From: a plasmid
DNA length: 64,000 bases
Direction: 5' to 3' (one strand)
Sequence record: NZ_CP092111.1
In this document: piece by piece, positions 1 to 9,056 of the stretch
How positions within the stretch are numbered: the first letter of the stretch is position 1
Layout of the letters: every line of letters begins with the position of its first letter
Translations under genes and position numbers: made by a program
The notes under the pieces: generated by a model
Seen by the model: only the letters and a program-made list of their open reading frames with translations
Database searches by the model: none
Told to the model about the DNA's origin: nothing

Positions 1-13
1 GAAGGAATATCTC

Positions 14-1669
14 ATGGAGATAAAATATAAAGTTTTACACCTTTTTTGCGGGATTGGCGGTGGCGCATTAGGATTTGACAATGCAAAAGGGGAATATAGA
101 GGGGTTAAGGGCAAATTTGAAACTATTTGTGGCATTGATGTAGATCCTGAAGCATGCGAAGATTTTCGAAATTTAACCGGGCGAAGAATTGAAAAAATGG
201 ATCTCTTCGATAGAGAACAATATATACAATTTCATGGACAGGAGCCCCCAGCTGGGTGGAAAGAGGTTACTCCAAAAATGTTAAGGGATACGGTGCATGA
301 GATACCGGACGTTGTGTTTACAAGTCCGCCGTGTAAAGGATTTAGTGGCCTGCTTCCTGAGAAGTCCGCAAAAACACAAAAATACCAGGCGTTAAACAAA
401 TTAACAGTCAGAAGTATCAAGCTAACGCTAGAGGCTTTTCAGGACGATTTGCCGGCGCTTATCCTACTTGAAAATGTTCCCCGTATTGTGAGCCGCGGAA
501 GAGCATTGCTGCGTGAAATTAAACAGCAACTAGAGTTTTTTGGCTATGTAATTAATGAAGACAAAGATAATTACCATGATTGCGGGGAAATAGGTGGGCT
601 GGCGCAACACAGAAAAAGATTCTTATTGATTGCCAGAAATCCAAATAAATTAGATTCATTTGTTTATCAGCCTCCCAAACAACCAATGAAAACAATAGGT
701 GATGTAATTGGTCCGTTGCCTTTGCCTGGAGACAAACGATTTGGCAAGATTCATGCTTTGCCAAATTTGCAATGGAAAACATGGGTGCGTCTTGCCCTTA
801 TTCCGGCTGGCGGCGACTGGCGGGATTTAGAAAAAATAGATTGGAAAAAGTACCGAATTGGATATTTACCAAGAGCCGGCTGTGGTAAAGTAGCTGAATG
901 GGATAAACCATGTGGAACTATAACCGGGGCCGCAGGTGTAAGTCAAAGTAATAGCACAACTGCAATATCAGATCCGCGGACAGGGTTTAAGTTATCGACT
1001 CATCAGGCAATATACAGGGTTCAAAAATGGGAAGATGCTGGCCGCACTGTTACCGGGGCTATGAGGCCCAATAATGGCGCTTTATGTGTAAATGATCCGC
1101 GGTTGCCTATAAGAAAAAATCGGCATGCTGCCGTTTATCAAGTGGTTAAATGGGAGCAAACGGGGCCTTGTGTGACGGGAACAAGATTTGGGAGTGGAGC
1201 TCCCGCAATTTCCGATCCGCGGTTGGATTGTAAGCCCCGAGCTGGTACGATGGGGGTTCAACGGTGGGATAAACCTTCAAAAACCGTTACCGGGGCAAAC
1301 GATGTTCATGCAGGAACTTCAGCCGTCGCAGATCCGCGCATTCCGGAAGATAATGAGACGGGTGTATTTATTATCATATCTGAAGATGGAACGTGGCACA
1401 GGCCACTAACAACCTTAGAACTTGCTGTTTTACAAGGACTCCCTACGACCTTACCAGACGGAAGACCTCTTATTCTTGCAGGGAAAAGTGATGCAAGATG
1501 GAGGGAAAGGATCGGGAATATGGTTCCGGTAGCTGCCGCACAAGCAATCGCAGAAACCATGCTTAGAACCATGCTTGCTCAAGAAGTAGGCGAATGGCTT
1601 ATGTCAGCTGAAGATATTTGGGTTGTTCCTCTGAAAAGAGAAAATGAAGTTTCTTTTCGGCAATCTTAG
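14..1669 (+). CDS. DNA (cytosine-5)-methyltransferase, orphan (no adjacent restriction enzyme); C-terminal variable region contains 4 tandem ~40-aa repeats
   Basis: C5-MTase motifs seen in translation: FCGIGG (motif I), SPPCKGFS (motif IV, catalytic Cys), ENV (motif VI), QHRKRFLLIAR (VIII), ELAVLQGLP (IX), IGNMVPV (X). Between VIII and IX are repeated modules W[DE]xxxxTVTGx(11)DPR. Confidence 0.85.
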   Translation: MEIKYKVLHLFCGIGGGALGFDNAKGEYRGVKGKFETICGIDVDPEACEDFRNLTGRRIEKMDLFDREQYIQFHGQEPPAGWKEVTPKMLRDTVHEIPDVVFTSPPCKGFSGLLPEKSAKTQKYQALNKLTVRSIKLTLEAFQDDLPALILLENVPRIVSRGRALLREIKQQLEFFGYVINEDKDNYHDCGEIGGLAQHRKRFLLIARNPNKLDSFVYQPPKQPMKTIGDVIGPLPLPGDKRFGKIHALPNLQWKTWVRLALIPAGGDWRDLEKIDWKKYRIGYLPRAGCGKVAEWDKPCGTITGAAGVSQSNSTTAISDPRTGFKLSTHQAIYRVQKWEDAGRTVTGAMRPNNGALCVNDPRLPIRKNRHAAVYQVVKWEQTGPCVTGTRFGSGAPAISDPRLDCKPRAGTMGVQRWDKPSKTVTGANDVHAGTSAVADPRIPEDNETGVFIIISEDGTWHRPLTTLELAVLQGLPTTLPDGRPLILAGKSDARWRERIGNMVPVAAAQAIAETMLRTMLAQEVGEWLMSAEDIWVVPLKRENEVSFRQS

Positions 1670-1689
1670 AGGGTAGTCAAATCGAAATT

Positions 1690-1833
1690 TTCAAAAAAAA
1701 TATATTGAATTATTAGTTTTCAATTGTTATAATAAAAACGAAAGGAGGAAAGAAAAAACTGGATCAGCTGGTAAATAAAAATCAGCCGGCATAAAGCGTA
1801 GCAATCAAAATTTCATACAAAAGGAGATTTAAA
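1690..1833 (+). promoter_or_regulatory. Strong sigmaA-type promoter (TTGAAT-17-TATAAT with TG extension) plus conserved ~100-nt leader; near-identical copy at 4425..4553
   Basis: Direct sequence comparison of 1690-1833 with 4425-4553: conserved blocks tattgaaNtattagttt..aattgttataat, ggaggNaaga, ggtaaatNaaa, ccggcataNgcgtagcNatcaaaatttcaNacaaaaggaga. Confidence 0.5.
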
Positions 1834-2181
1834 ATGGAAAAGGTCAAGGTGACAGAAATCCAGTTAACAAGGCTAGAAGGTAGGTTTGTTACGGAGGAAG
1901 ATAAGGTGGCCGTAGATACTTGGGAAAAGGCAGAACGAGTTCTAAGAGCGTGGGCTCTTACGGCTCCGAGAAATGGCGCTTATGACAAGGTGAATTTTCA
2001 TATTAAGTGGGAAGATGGCCATGAATACTCAGGACGTTTTAATTTGAAAGCGCAGCATTACAATTTGCGTAAGATCCCGCATTTAGCCAACCATGTAAGA
2101 CGGGATCTCTGGTATTTATTTGAACAATTAGAGCTAGAAGAAGCGAAGGAAATGCTGGATAAAAGCCAAATTGGAGCATAA
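1834..2181 (+). CDS. hypothetical protein (115 aa)
   Basis: ORF with SD (aaaaggagat) directly upstream; driven by the conserved leader. Confidence 0.4.
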   Translation: MEKVKVTEIQLTRLEGRFVTEEDKVAVDTWEKAERVLRAWALTAPRNGAYDKVNFHIKWEDGHEYSGRFNLKAQHYNLRKIPHLANHVRRDLWYLFEQLELEEAKEMLDKSQIGA

Positions 2182-2245
2182 GAGGGATACCCCTCTTTGC
2201 TCTCCTCAATCTTTAAAAAGGTTAAAAATAATTGGAGGGATTAAG

Positions 2246-2623
2246 ATGGAAATGACAAACCAAGAAAAACTTGATTTAATTAACAGCCTGGAGATCGTTG
2301 ACGTTGATATGGACTGTGAAGGACTTATATATGCTCATGTTGAATATTCTCCTGAAAACCTTGCTATATTGGGAAAAGTAGTTCCCAATGTAGAGGATTA
2401 TTTGGACGATTATGGAGACCCAGAACATGAAGGGGAAGTATTTGATATTTCATGGGCCGCGTTTGAATATGCAAAAGCTGATACTTTTCAACGTGAGCAA
2501 GGAAAATTCGCGATTTTTTCAAAAGAGGAAGTCATGGATATGTATGTGGAAGAACGAGAGAAGCGCCTAAATTTAGAAAGTCGATATCAAAAATTGAAGC
2601 GTCAAATTGAGGCTGTTGGGTAA
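2246..2623 (+). CDS. hypothetical acidic protein (start chosen at ATG after ggaggg SD)
   Basis: ORF, strongly acidic composition (D/E-rich), SD ggaggg 7 nt upstream of ATG 2246. Confidence 0.4.
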   Translation: MEMTNQEKLDLINSLEIVDVDMDCEGLIYAHVEYSPENLAILGKVVPNVEDYLDDYGDPEHEGEVFDISWAAFEYAKADTFQREQGKFAIFSKEEVMDMYVEEREKRLNLESRYQKLKRQIEAVG

Positions 2624-2708
2624 AAGTTTACCAGCCGCGGATTATGGAGTTTTAACCTCATGTAAGGAGGAGAATGAGTGACGATTTACCGTTCTGAGAG
2701 GTGTCAGG

Positions 2709-3167
2709 ATGAAGCACATCATAAAGTCATTGGAGAAGGCCTATAGGCTATACAAACAGCCGCATAAGATTGGCGATCTCATAGAATTTCAACAAAAACA
2801 ATGGATTATTATAGGCATTGAAGCTGTTTCGATTGACTTAAATAAACTGAGGGTTATTTACACAGTTCAAAACGCCGAAGAGGTATACGCGTATCAGCCA
2901 CCTATTTCAGACAGCGGGAAAACAGTCGAGATAATAGCTCGAGTTAGAACCGGAAAAGAGGCTATTTTAGAAAAAATACAGGTTGGTCGCTTAGTTTGGA
3001 TTGATAATAAGCCATATCAATCGGTTGGGTTTATAGATATAGATATTGAATTCACTGATGTTGTCATTACGTTTCTAGGGCGACCAGTTCGCCCTATTCC
3101 GATAAAGGAAGTAAGGGCAAAGGTGCTAAACGAGCGAAAGAAAAAGCTGAATTTACAAGTCTTGTAG
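2709..3167 (+). CDS. hypothetical protein (152 aa)
   Basis: ORF in co-directional gene string. Confidence 0.35.
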   Translation: MKHIIKSLEKAYRLYKQPHKIGDLIEFQQKQWIIIGIEAVSIDLNKLRVIYTVQNAEEVYAYQPPISDSGKTVEIIARVRTGKEAILEKIQVGRLVWIDNKPYQSVGFIDIDIEFTDVVITFLGRPVRPIPIKEVRAKVLNERKKKLNLQVL

Positions 3168-3251
3168 GGATGGTCGGTCGAAACGTAGGGGACTTCAGGT
3201 GGTTGATCATTTGAAATATGAGAATTACTATGTCATATCAGGAGGAAATTT

Positions 3252-3932
3252 ATGGCCAGGTTTGCTTTACATCCTAAAACAAATGAAAAAATATCTATAG
3301 AGGATTGGGAGTTATATCATAAAGAGGAAACACCCATATGCATTATTTGTGGACATAATTTATATGTTAGAGCAAACAGTTCCCCTGGTTCTTCAGCTCA
3401 CTTTGCTCACTATCCTGGATCTAATTGTCCATCAATTCAATATAATCGAGAAAAATATGATAGTCTCCAGCCGGTTGAAAAAGACTATCAGAATGCTAAA
3501 AAGTTAAAAAAGCATTTGATCAATAACATGTGGCCAGTTTATCAAAAATGCAAAAGCATATTTGGTCAAGGGTTTAGACAAAAAGATTTTCAAAAAATGA
3601 TTTTAAAAGCGTCTGAAAGAAGTATTTGGTTCTATAAAGGTATGACACTAAAATATTTACCGTATGTTCTGTTAGTAAACTATGGTGTTTTTCAAAAAGA
3701 GGACCATCGAAAAAATAAAGTTTATTTTGTATTTGATTCTAAACTATCAAACTATGAAGATCTGTGGATTAAGCCAAAAATAAAACAAAAAATGTGGAAG
3801 GTATACCCAGAGGAAGGTCAAATTGAGGAAGTCGAGATTGATTTCGATACTTCTTCTTTGTCACCTGAATATTTTTTGTTTTGGGCCACAGGTTTACAAG
3901 GAAAAAAAGAAAATGAATTCTTAGATTGGTAG
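3252..3932 (+). CDS. CoiA-like (competence protein CoiA family) N-terminal zinc-finger/HFAH-motif protein, short form
   Basis: N-terminus CIICGHNLYVRANSSPGSSAHFAHYPGSNC resembles the CoiA signature CxxC...HFAH...C; SD ggagga upstream. Confidence 0.45.
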   Translation: MARFALHPKTNEKISIEDWELYHKEETPICIICGHNLYVRANSSPGSSAHFAHYPGSNCPSIQYNREKYDSLQPVEKDYQNAKKLKKHLINNMWPVYQKCKSIFGQGFRQKDFQKMILKASERSIWFYKGMTLKYLPYVLLVNYGVFQKEDHRKNKVYFVFDSKLSNYEDLWIKPKIKQKMWKVYPEEGQIEEVEIDFDTSSLSPEYFLFWATGLQGKKENEFLDW

Positions 3933-3947
3933 CTAAGGAGGTGAAAA

Positions 3948-4139
3948 ATGTTAGTGGATGAATATATCAGCTTTTTAGAAAAAGCCAAAGAAAATGCACA
4001 TGGAATGAGTGCTTATCGGATATTCAGCGATTTAAAAATGGCCAAAGAACTTCAATCCAAAGGACAAAAGGAGCTTCTAGTGATTGATCCAAAAAAAGAA
4101 ATCGCGGCGGTCTTTTCTCCGATTAACAAAAATCGATAA
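3948..4139 (+). CDS. small hypothetical protein (63 aa)
   Basis: ORF with SD aaggaggtg upstream. Confidence 0.35.
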   Translation: MLVDEYISFLEKAKENAHGMSAYRIFSDLKMAKELQSKGQKELLVIDPKKEIAAVFSPINKNR

Positions 4140-4420
4140 CACTTTGCATTTACGGCCGACTATAAGAGCGTAATAGAAGATGGATTGAAACCGGCCCCGC
4201 CGCGTGCGTCAGCAGCAGGAACAATCTGGCGGGATCCCGGCGATCGCTGAAAAAACGCGAGGCGTTCATGGCCGTATACAGAAGCGTGGTAGCTGAAGAT
4301 GAACGGAAACCGGTGCTGATCGGAGAGGAGCCGGTTTTTTATGGCCAGGAATGCTCTGCCGCGGTCGTCAGCAGCAGGGTGTTCCCCGCCGTTTCAGAGA
4401 AAAGATTTTTAAAAAAACCT
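4140..4420. repeat. REP-like GC-rich palindromic element(s), family 1
   Basis: Shares gccggttttttatggccagg / gaaaacgcgaggcgttca hairpin blocks with the arrays at 10770, 11560, 15420, 36115, 45780, 52800, 53640 and 60540. Confidence 0.7.
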
Positions 4421-4424
4421 ATTG

Positions 4425-4553
4425 AAATATTAGTTTCTAATTGTTATAATGTAATCAAGGAAGGGAGGTAAGAACAAAAACGGTTAGCTTGGTAAATCAA
4501 ACTACCGGCATACGCGTAGCGATCAAAATTTCACACAAAAGGAGACATGTCGA
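4425..4553 (+). promoter_or_regulatory. Second copy of the conserved promoter-leader module (TTGAAA-17-TATAAT)
   Basis: See 1690..1833. Confidence 0.5.
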
Positions 4554-5003
4554 ATGGAACCTATTTTCGAAATTATCAGCCTCAAACAAGAAAAAAAAGA
4601 ATCAGATTTGATAGGAGCTTTTGAACAGGTTGTAGATGCTGAAGCCCTTGCGAACGTGGTTAAATACTACATCCAGAATGAAGATCGTGAGGTTTTCTTA
4701 GTTATCATTTATAACAACAAGTTGAGAATAACAGCAATTCATCGATGCAGCATTGGGGCGCTAAATGCGGCGATTGTTACTCCGAGAGAAGTGTTTAAAG
4801 CAGCGATATTGAACAATGCGGCAGCGATTGCAGTAGCTCACAACCACCCCAGTTCTGATCCTACAGCAAGCAAGGAGGATATCGAAGTAACAAAGCGGCT
4901 TCACCAAGCCGGGGACATCCTCGGCATTGAATTGCTGGATCATATCATTGTAGCTGCACACACTGACCGATACGTAAGCCTTAGAGAAAAAGGGATAATA
5001 TAA
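4554..5003 (+). CDS. RadC-like JAB/MPN domain protein
   Basis: HNHPSSDPTASKEDIEVTKRL...GIELLDHIIV: JAMM-like HxHxxxxxxxS/D motif typical of RadC/UPF0758. Confidence 0.8.
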   Translation: MEPIFEIISLKQEKKESDLIGAFEQVVDAEALANVVKYYIQNEDREVFLVIIYNNKLRITAIHRCSIGALNAAIVTPREVFKAAILNNAAAIAVAHNHPSSDPTASKEDIEVTKRLHQAGDILGIELLDHIIVAAHTDRYVSLREKGII

Positions 5004-5168
5004 AAGAAGGGGGGCTCCCCCCCCTTCTGCAAAAGAAAAAAATGATAAAGAGCAGCAAAATTGAATTTCGTTTCCTGAATTCGAATAAGAAAACCTTTTG
5101 AATAGGGGCTACTTCCTGTATAATTGATATGCACCTTCGTTTTGTGTGAACGATGGTTGCTACGCGAA

Positions 5169-5199
5169 GGCCCCGACTGATCCTCGGGGCTGTTTTTTT
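5169..5199 (+). terminator. rho-independent terminator (ggccccga...tcggggc + T7)
   Basis: Perfect GC stem followed by tgttttttt. Confidence 0.6.
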
Positions 5200-5253
5200 G
5201 TCCTCATATTGAAAAATGTGCTTTTTAAAACAAAAAAAGGGAGATGTTTTTAA

Positions 5254-5640
5254 ATGGAATTTCAATATTTGAGTCGAGAGCATAAGCAGGATTTTCTTGA
5301 AATGAGGCGGAATATTCCTGAATATTACCGTTTTAATAAGGAGTTTCTATCGGTGCTTTATTTAATCTCAGGAAATGAGGAATTAAAACAGAAAGTTGAG
5401 CCTTATTTTAATGGGAACAGCGGTATGTTTGATACGGAAAAAATGTTTGAAGAGCAAGATTTTTCAGCGGGATTAAGCATATTGGCAAAACTGGCCGTCA
5501 ATCTATTCAATGCAAATGAAAAAATTAATCCGTTGCAGCTTATGATTCTGGATGATGAAAATTTTGAGTTAGCTATGAATGCGATTATATTAAGAAGACA
5601 AGGAATTTCAACAGAATATAAATTAAGTCAAAAAAATTAG
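5254..5640 (+). CDS. hypothetical protein (128 aa)
   Basis: ORF with SD aagggag. Confidence 0.4.
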   Translation: MEFQYLSREHKQDFLEMRRNIPEYYRFNKEFLSVLYLISGNEELKQKVEPYFNGNSGMFDTEKMFEEQDFSAGLSILAKLAVNLFNANEKINPLQLMILDDENFELAMNAIILRRQGISTEYKLSQKN

Positions 5641-5645
5641 TGTAG

Positions 5646-6425
5646 GTGAATGATTTGAAAGGCATCTTTTTATTATCCGTTTCTTTATTTGAAGGGCAGC
5701 TTCAGGAGGCCCAAAATGTAGCACAATCATCCGGAGGTCTGGGCGCAGATCTTAGCCACTTCATCATGTTTGAATACAAGTTACCTAGTTCATTGGAGCC
5801 GATCCTTTCAAAATCGGATAATGATGTGTTATCAGCTGAACAACTTAGAATCAGTATAGAAGCGAGGGATCACCTTGACTCTATAATTGATAAACTCAAA
5901 AAGGAATATCCAAGATCGAGGGAAAGCTATGGTTTGAATCGCTCTTCTCTTATGAGGGATATTCTCAAGCAATTTATTTTAAAGCGACAAGATCTCGAAA
6001 AGAGGGAGGTTCACCATTCGTCTTTTTCGTTCGAAGCAGATAAGATTTCGTTTTTGCAAAGTGTTCTCCCATTCAAGGAGAGAGATCGGACTATTGAGCA
6101 CTTTATTCTTAATTCTTATGCCCCCTCTGAAACAGAACCTCCAGAGTCTCACAAGCCAAAGAACATGAGCCAGATAAGAATAAAAATGGATGTGAGAGCA
6201 TTTGAAAAGCTGGATAATATTGTTGACCAGTTTAAAGGAAAAGGTCTGACGAGAGCAGATGTAATGCGTCATGTTGTTGATCAACTTATAAAAGAATTAT
6301 CTACTACGGACAATGTTAAAGCCTTTACGGAGGAAAAATTAGATGAGGCTGTCCGGAACTTCAGAGAGGTACACGGGGCAGATAGACTAAAGGAAAAATT
6401 AACTGAATATGACAGACGGCAATAA
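5646..6425 (+). CDS. hypothetical protein with two ribbon-helix-helix-like segments (possible tandem-RHH DNA-binding protein)
   Basis: Segments RISIEARDHLDSIIDKL...SRSSLMRDIL and IRIKMDVRAFEKLDNIVDQF...TRADVMRHVVDQL have the beta-strand/helix/helix pattern of RHH (Arc/CopG) folds. This is inference from pattern only. Confidence 0.35.
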   Translation: MNDLKGIFLLSVSLFEGQLQEAQNVAQSSGGLGADLSHFIMFEYKLPSSLEPILSKSDNDVLSAEQLRISIEARDHLDSIIDKLKKEYPRSRESYGLNRSSLMRDILKQFILKRQDLEKREVHHSSFSFEADKISFLQSVLPFKERDRTIEHFILNSYAPSETEPPESHKPKNMSQIRIKMDVRAFEKLDNIVDQFKGKGLTRADVMRHVVDQLIKELSTTDNVKAFTEEKLDEAVRNFREVHGADRLKEKLTEYDRRQ

Positions 6426-6466
6426 GTAAGCAGCTTTCCGGATCCAGCTATGGAAAGGAGCCTTTT

Positions 6467-6679
6467 ATGAATATGTGTGGAATAACTGACTGGGGAAGTG
6501 CATTTTATGCTTTCGTTGAGACGACTCAAAAGCATAATTTACCCTTCCCGGAGGATGCAGCTGATTGGAGTACGGCCAAGTTGATAGCCGAAATAGAGAG
6601 GATAAACAAGGGGGAGATGGGGTTGTTAAAGAGATCCAGGCGACTGAGGCAATCCAACAGGAAGGAGAGAAAAGCATAA
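6467..6679 (+). CDS. small hypothetical protein (70 aa)
   Basis: ORF, stop overlaps start of next gene (taaaATG). Confidence 0.3.
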   Translation: MNMCGITDWGSAFYAFVETTQKHNLPFPEDAADWSTAKLIAEIERINKGEMGLLKRSRRLRQSNRKERKA

Positions 6680-6680
6680 A

Positions 6681-7136
6681 ATGAAAAAGTTACTTACTGC
6701 TGTATGCACTCTTCTTCTAATTTCAATTGGAGCTTATGTAACTGGAAATTCGCCAATAGATTTACTATCGCATCACCAAAACACAACTGCAGCTGAAGAA
6801 AATTCAACCTCATATGATCAAAAGATCTATTTTCCTGCTGATAAGTACCCTGAAACCGCTAAACACATAAAAACGGCCATTAAAGAAGGCCATTCGAAAA
6901 TCTGTACAATTGATCGAGATGGTGCCGATGAAAACCGCGAGGAATCTTTGAAGGATGTCCCAACCAAAAAAGGGTATGATCGTGATGAATGGCCAATGGC
7001 AATGTGTCAGGAGGGCGGAGCCGGTGCCGATATTGAATACATAGAGCCATCAGATAACCGCGGGGCGGGATCCTGGGTTTCTCATCAGTTAGATGATTTT
7101 CCAGACGGAACTAGAGTATTATTTGTTGTGAAATAG
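6681..7136 (+). CDS. NucA/NucB-family secreted/membrane-anchored DNase
   Basis: N-terminal signal/anchor; [14 protein letters not shown]...[75 protein letters not shown] closely matches B. subtilis NucB/NucA core from memory. Confidence 0.8.
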   Translation: MKKLLTAVCTLLLISIGAYVTGNSPIDLLSHHQNTTAAEENSTSYDQKIYFPADKYPETAKHIKTAIKEGHSKICTIDRDGADENREESLKDVPTKKGYDRDEWPMAMCQEGGAGADIEYIEPSDNRGAGSWVSHQLDDFPDGTRVLFVVK

Positions 7137-7247
7137 ATGGAAGAGCAGCTGCTGGCATTTTATTTCGTTCGTGAGTGATCAAAGATCGGAAGATGGCCAT
7201 AATTTCTTGTTCGTGTTTGTTGAATCCAGAATCACTAAAAACAAAGG

Positions 7248-8422
7248 AGATGCTTATGGAATTTATAAAGAGCCTCTTATTCATCGTCTATGCGATCTTG
7301 CTACATGTGTATTCAAAAGATTCAGCCAGCAAACTTCAACGGCATGTCTATAATTTTTTCATCCTTGTCGCTATTGTATGGTTGATTACCTTTAGTTTTT
7401 TTCCGTATTGGAAAATGGTTATTACTTTTAGTTTTTTGGTCGTTAATATCTATGCAGTCAAGACAATATTAACAAAAATCAAAACTGGGAAATTTGTTGC
7501 CCCACCGGCTTGGATTCCCTTGATGACAGTCGCTGGCATTTGTACAGCAGGCATCATTATTCCAAGTTGGGAATCAACGCTAGTCACTGTGGCGTTTGGT
7601 GTTTTTCTATTCAGCATTCTTATCGTTTTAGAAAAGGTGCAGCAGCAGAATGAGATTTACGAAAATCGAAAATCCACTTCCGAGCTAAATGACCGGGAAA
7701 AAATAGTAGAACGGATTAAAAAAGAAAACATCATCCTTGAGCAAAAAAATTCTCATTCACCTAATCTTTATACTTTTGTTCATGAAATAAATGTGGCTGA
7801 CAACAGTGTACTTCGCAACTATATTATTGAGCCCCTTCATCCAGAAACCAGCATCAATAGACAAGCACATTCCTTAGCGCATGAGTTAGGGCATTATTAT
7901 AACTCCATCGAGAGAAAACGTTCCTTCCATAGTTTTATTTTAGATTGTCGTAAAGCGAAAAGACTGAAACCGATTTGCGGATTATTTGTTTTATACGATG
8001 AATGGAGTGCCTGGAATCGCGCAAAGCAAATCTGCCTTGAAGAAGGTGTAGACATTAGCTTTTTTCATTTTTCGAGAAAAACAGCTTTTTCAACTTATGT
8101 TAAAGCATACTGGGAGTCCATCATAAGGCCATTTAAAACATTGATAGGTACGTATATTTTTAGCGTGGCAATCGTGCTGTTTTCTGTGTTGCTAACTGAC
8201 GCAGACATTCACCTTCCTTTTAAATTAGATGCTTTGACAAATTCTATTGCAATTACAACTGATAGGACAGGAGCAGTAAATTTCATTTTCTTCATCATCA
8301 TGCAGATTCGCTTTTTGAGATGGGTGTTTGGACTGTTTTTTAAAAAATCTGTTACAGACTATCAATATGCACCAGAAGATGGTTTTGTAACAACGGGAAA
8401 TGCAAAAAAGATTAAGGACTAA
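7248..8422 (+). CDS. polytopic membrane protein with internal HELGH (HExxH) zinc-metallopeptidase-like motif
   Basis: Multiple hydrophobic helices at N and C termini; LAHELGHYYNS in the central soluble region; SD aaaggag before ATG 7248. Confidence 0.45.
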
Positions 8423-8585
8423 GAGCAATTCCTCATGATAACATAAAGGAGAATCGGACAGTCGAAAGGCAGCCGTTTTTCTTAGCCATAGGTCGCTTGC
8501 TGCGGGCGCCAGTTAAATGATTGAGAAACCTGGACATAATTAGAGGAGTTTGCACTTAGCAAGGCCTAAGATTGAATGACAGCCT

Positions 8586-8999
8586 TTGGGCTGGACCTTG
8601 AAAGGAGGTGGTTATTTGCGTATCTCCAGTGAAATTTATGTAGGTGAACCTAAAATACCGATATGGGTTAAATTCGTTATTATTTGGAATATCATTATGA
8701 TTACAGTTGGCGTGATTGTATATCAGATTGCACCTTTTAATCTTGGCCGATATATTCTGATCTATATTCTTCTTTGGTGGTTTACTGGGTTCCCATTTGT
8801 CGCTGAAAAATTTATGCATGGTTTCTCTAAAGAAGAAACACGCATTGACTCGATGTATAAGAAGAAGCTGATTAAACGTCATATCGGTGGTGAAGTTCTT
8901 TCATATGATCGGAAAGAAAAAACATATAAGGTACTAGACAGAGGGAAATTTCTGAAGGTGAAATATTATAAAGGACACTTGCTTGTGGAAGAAGATTAA
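8586..8999 (+). CDS. hypothetical membrane protein (137 aa)
   Basis: ORF with SD aaaggagg; three hydrophobic segments. Confidence 0.4.
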   Translation: MGWTLKGGGYLRISSEIYVGEPKIPIWVKFVIIWNIIMITVGVIVYQIAPFNLGRYILIYILLWWFTGFPFVAEKFMHGFSKEETRIDSMYKKKLIKRHIGGEVLSYDRKEKTYKVLDRGKFLKVKYYKGHLLVEED

Positions 9000-9056
9000 G
9001 TAAGGGTGATCCGTCGTCTTTCTTTGAATCAATTACTAATAACAAAGGAGAATATC

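Noticed and set aside
4268-4471. ORF 4268-4471
   Set aside because: It lies over a REP element and the promoter-leader copy.
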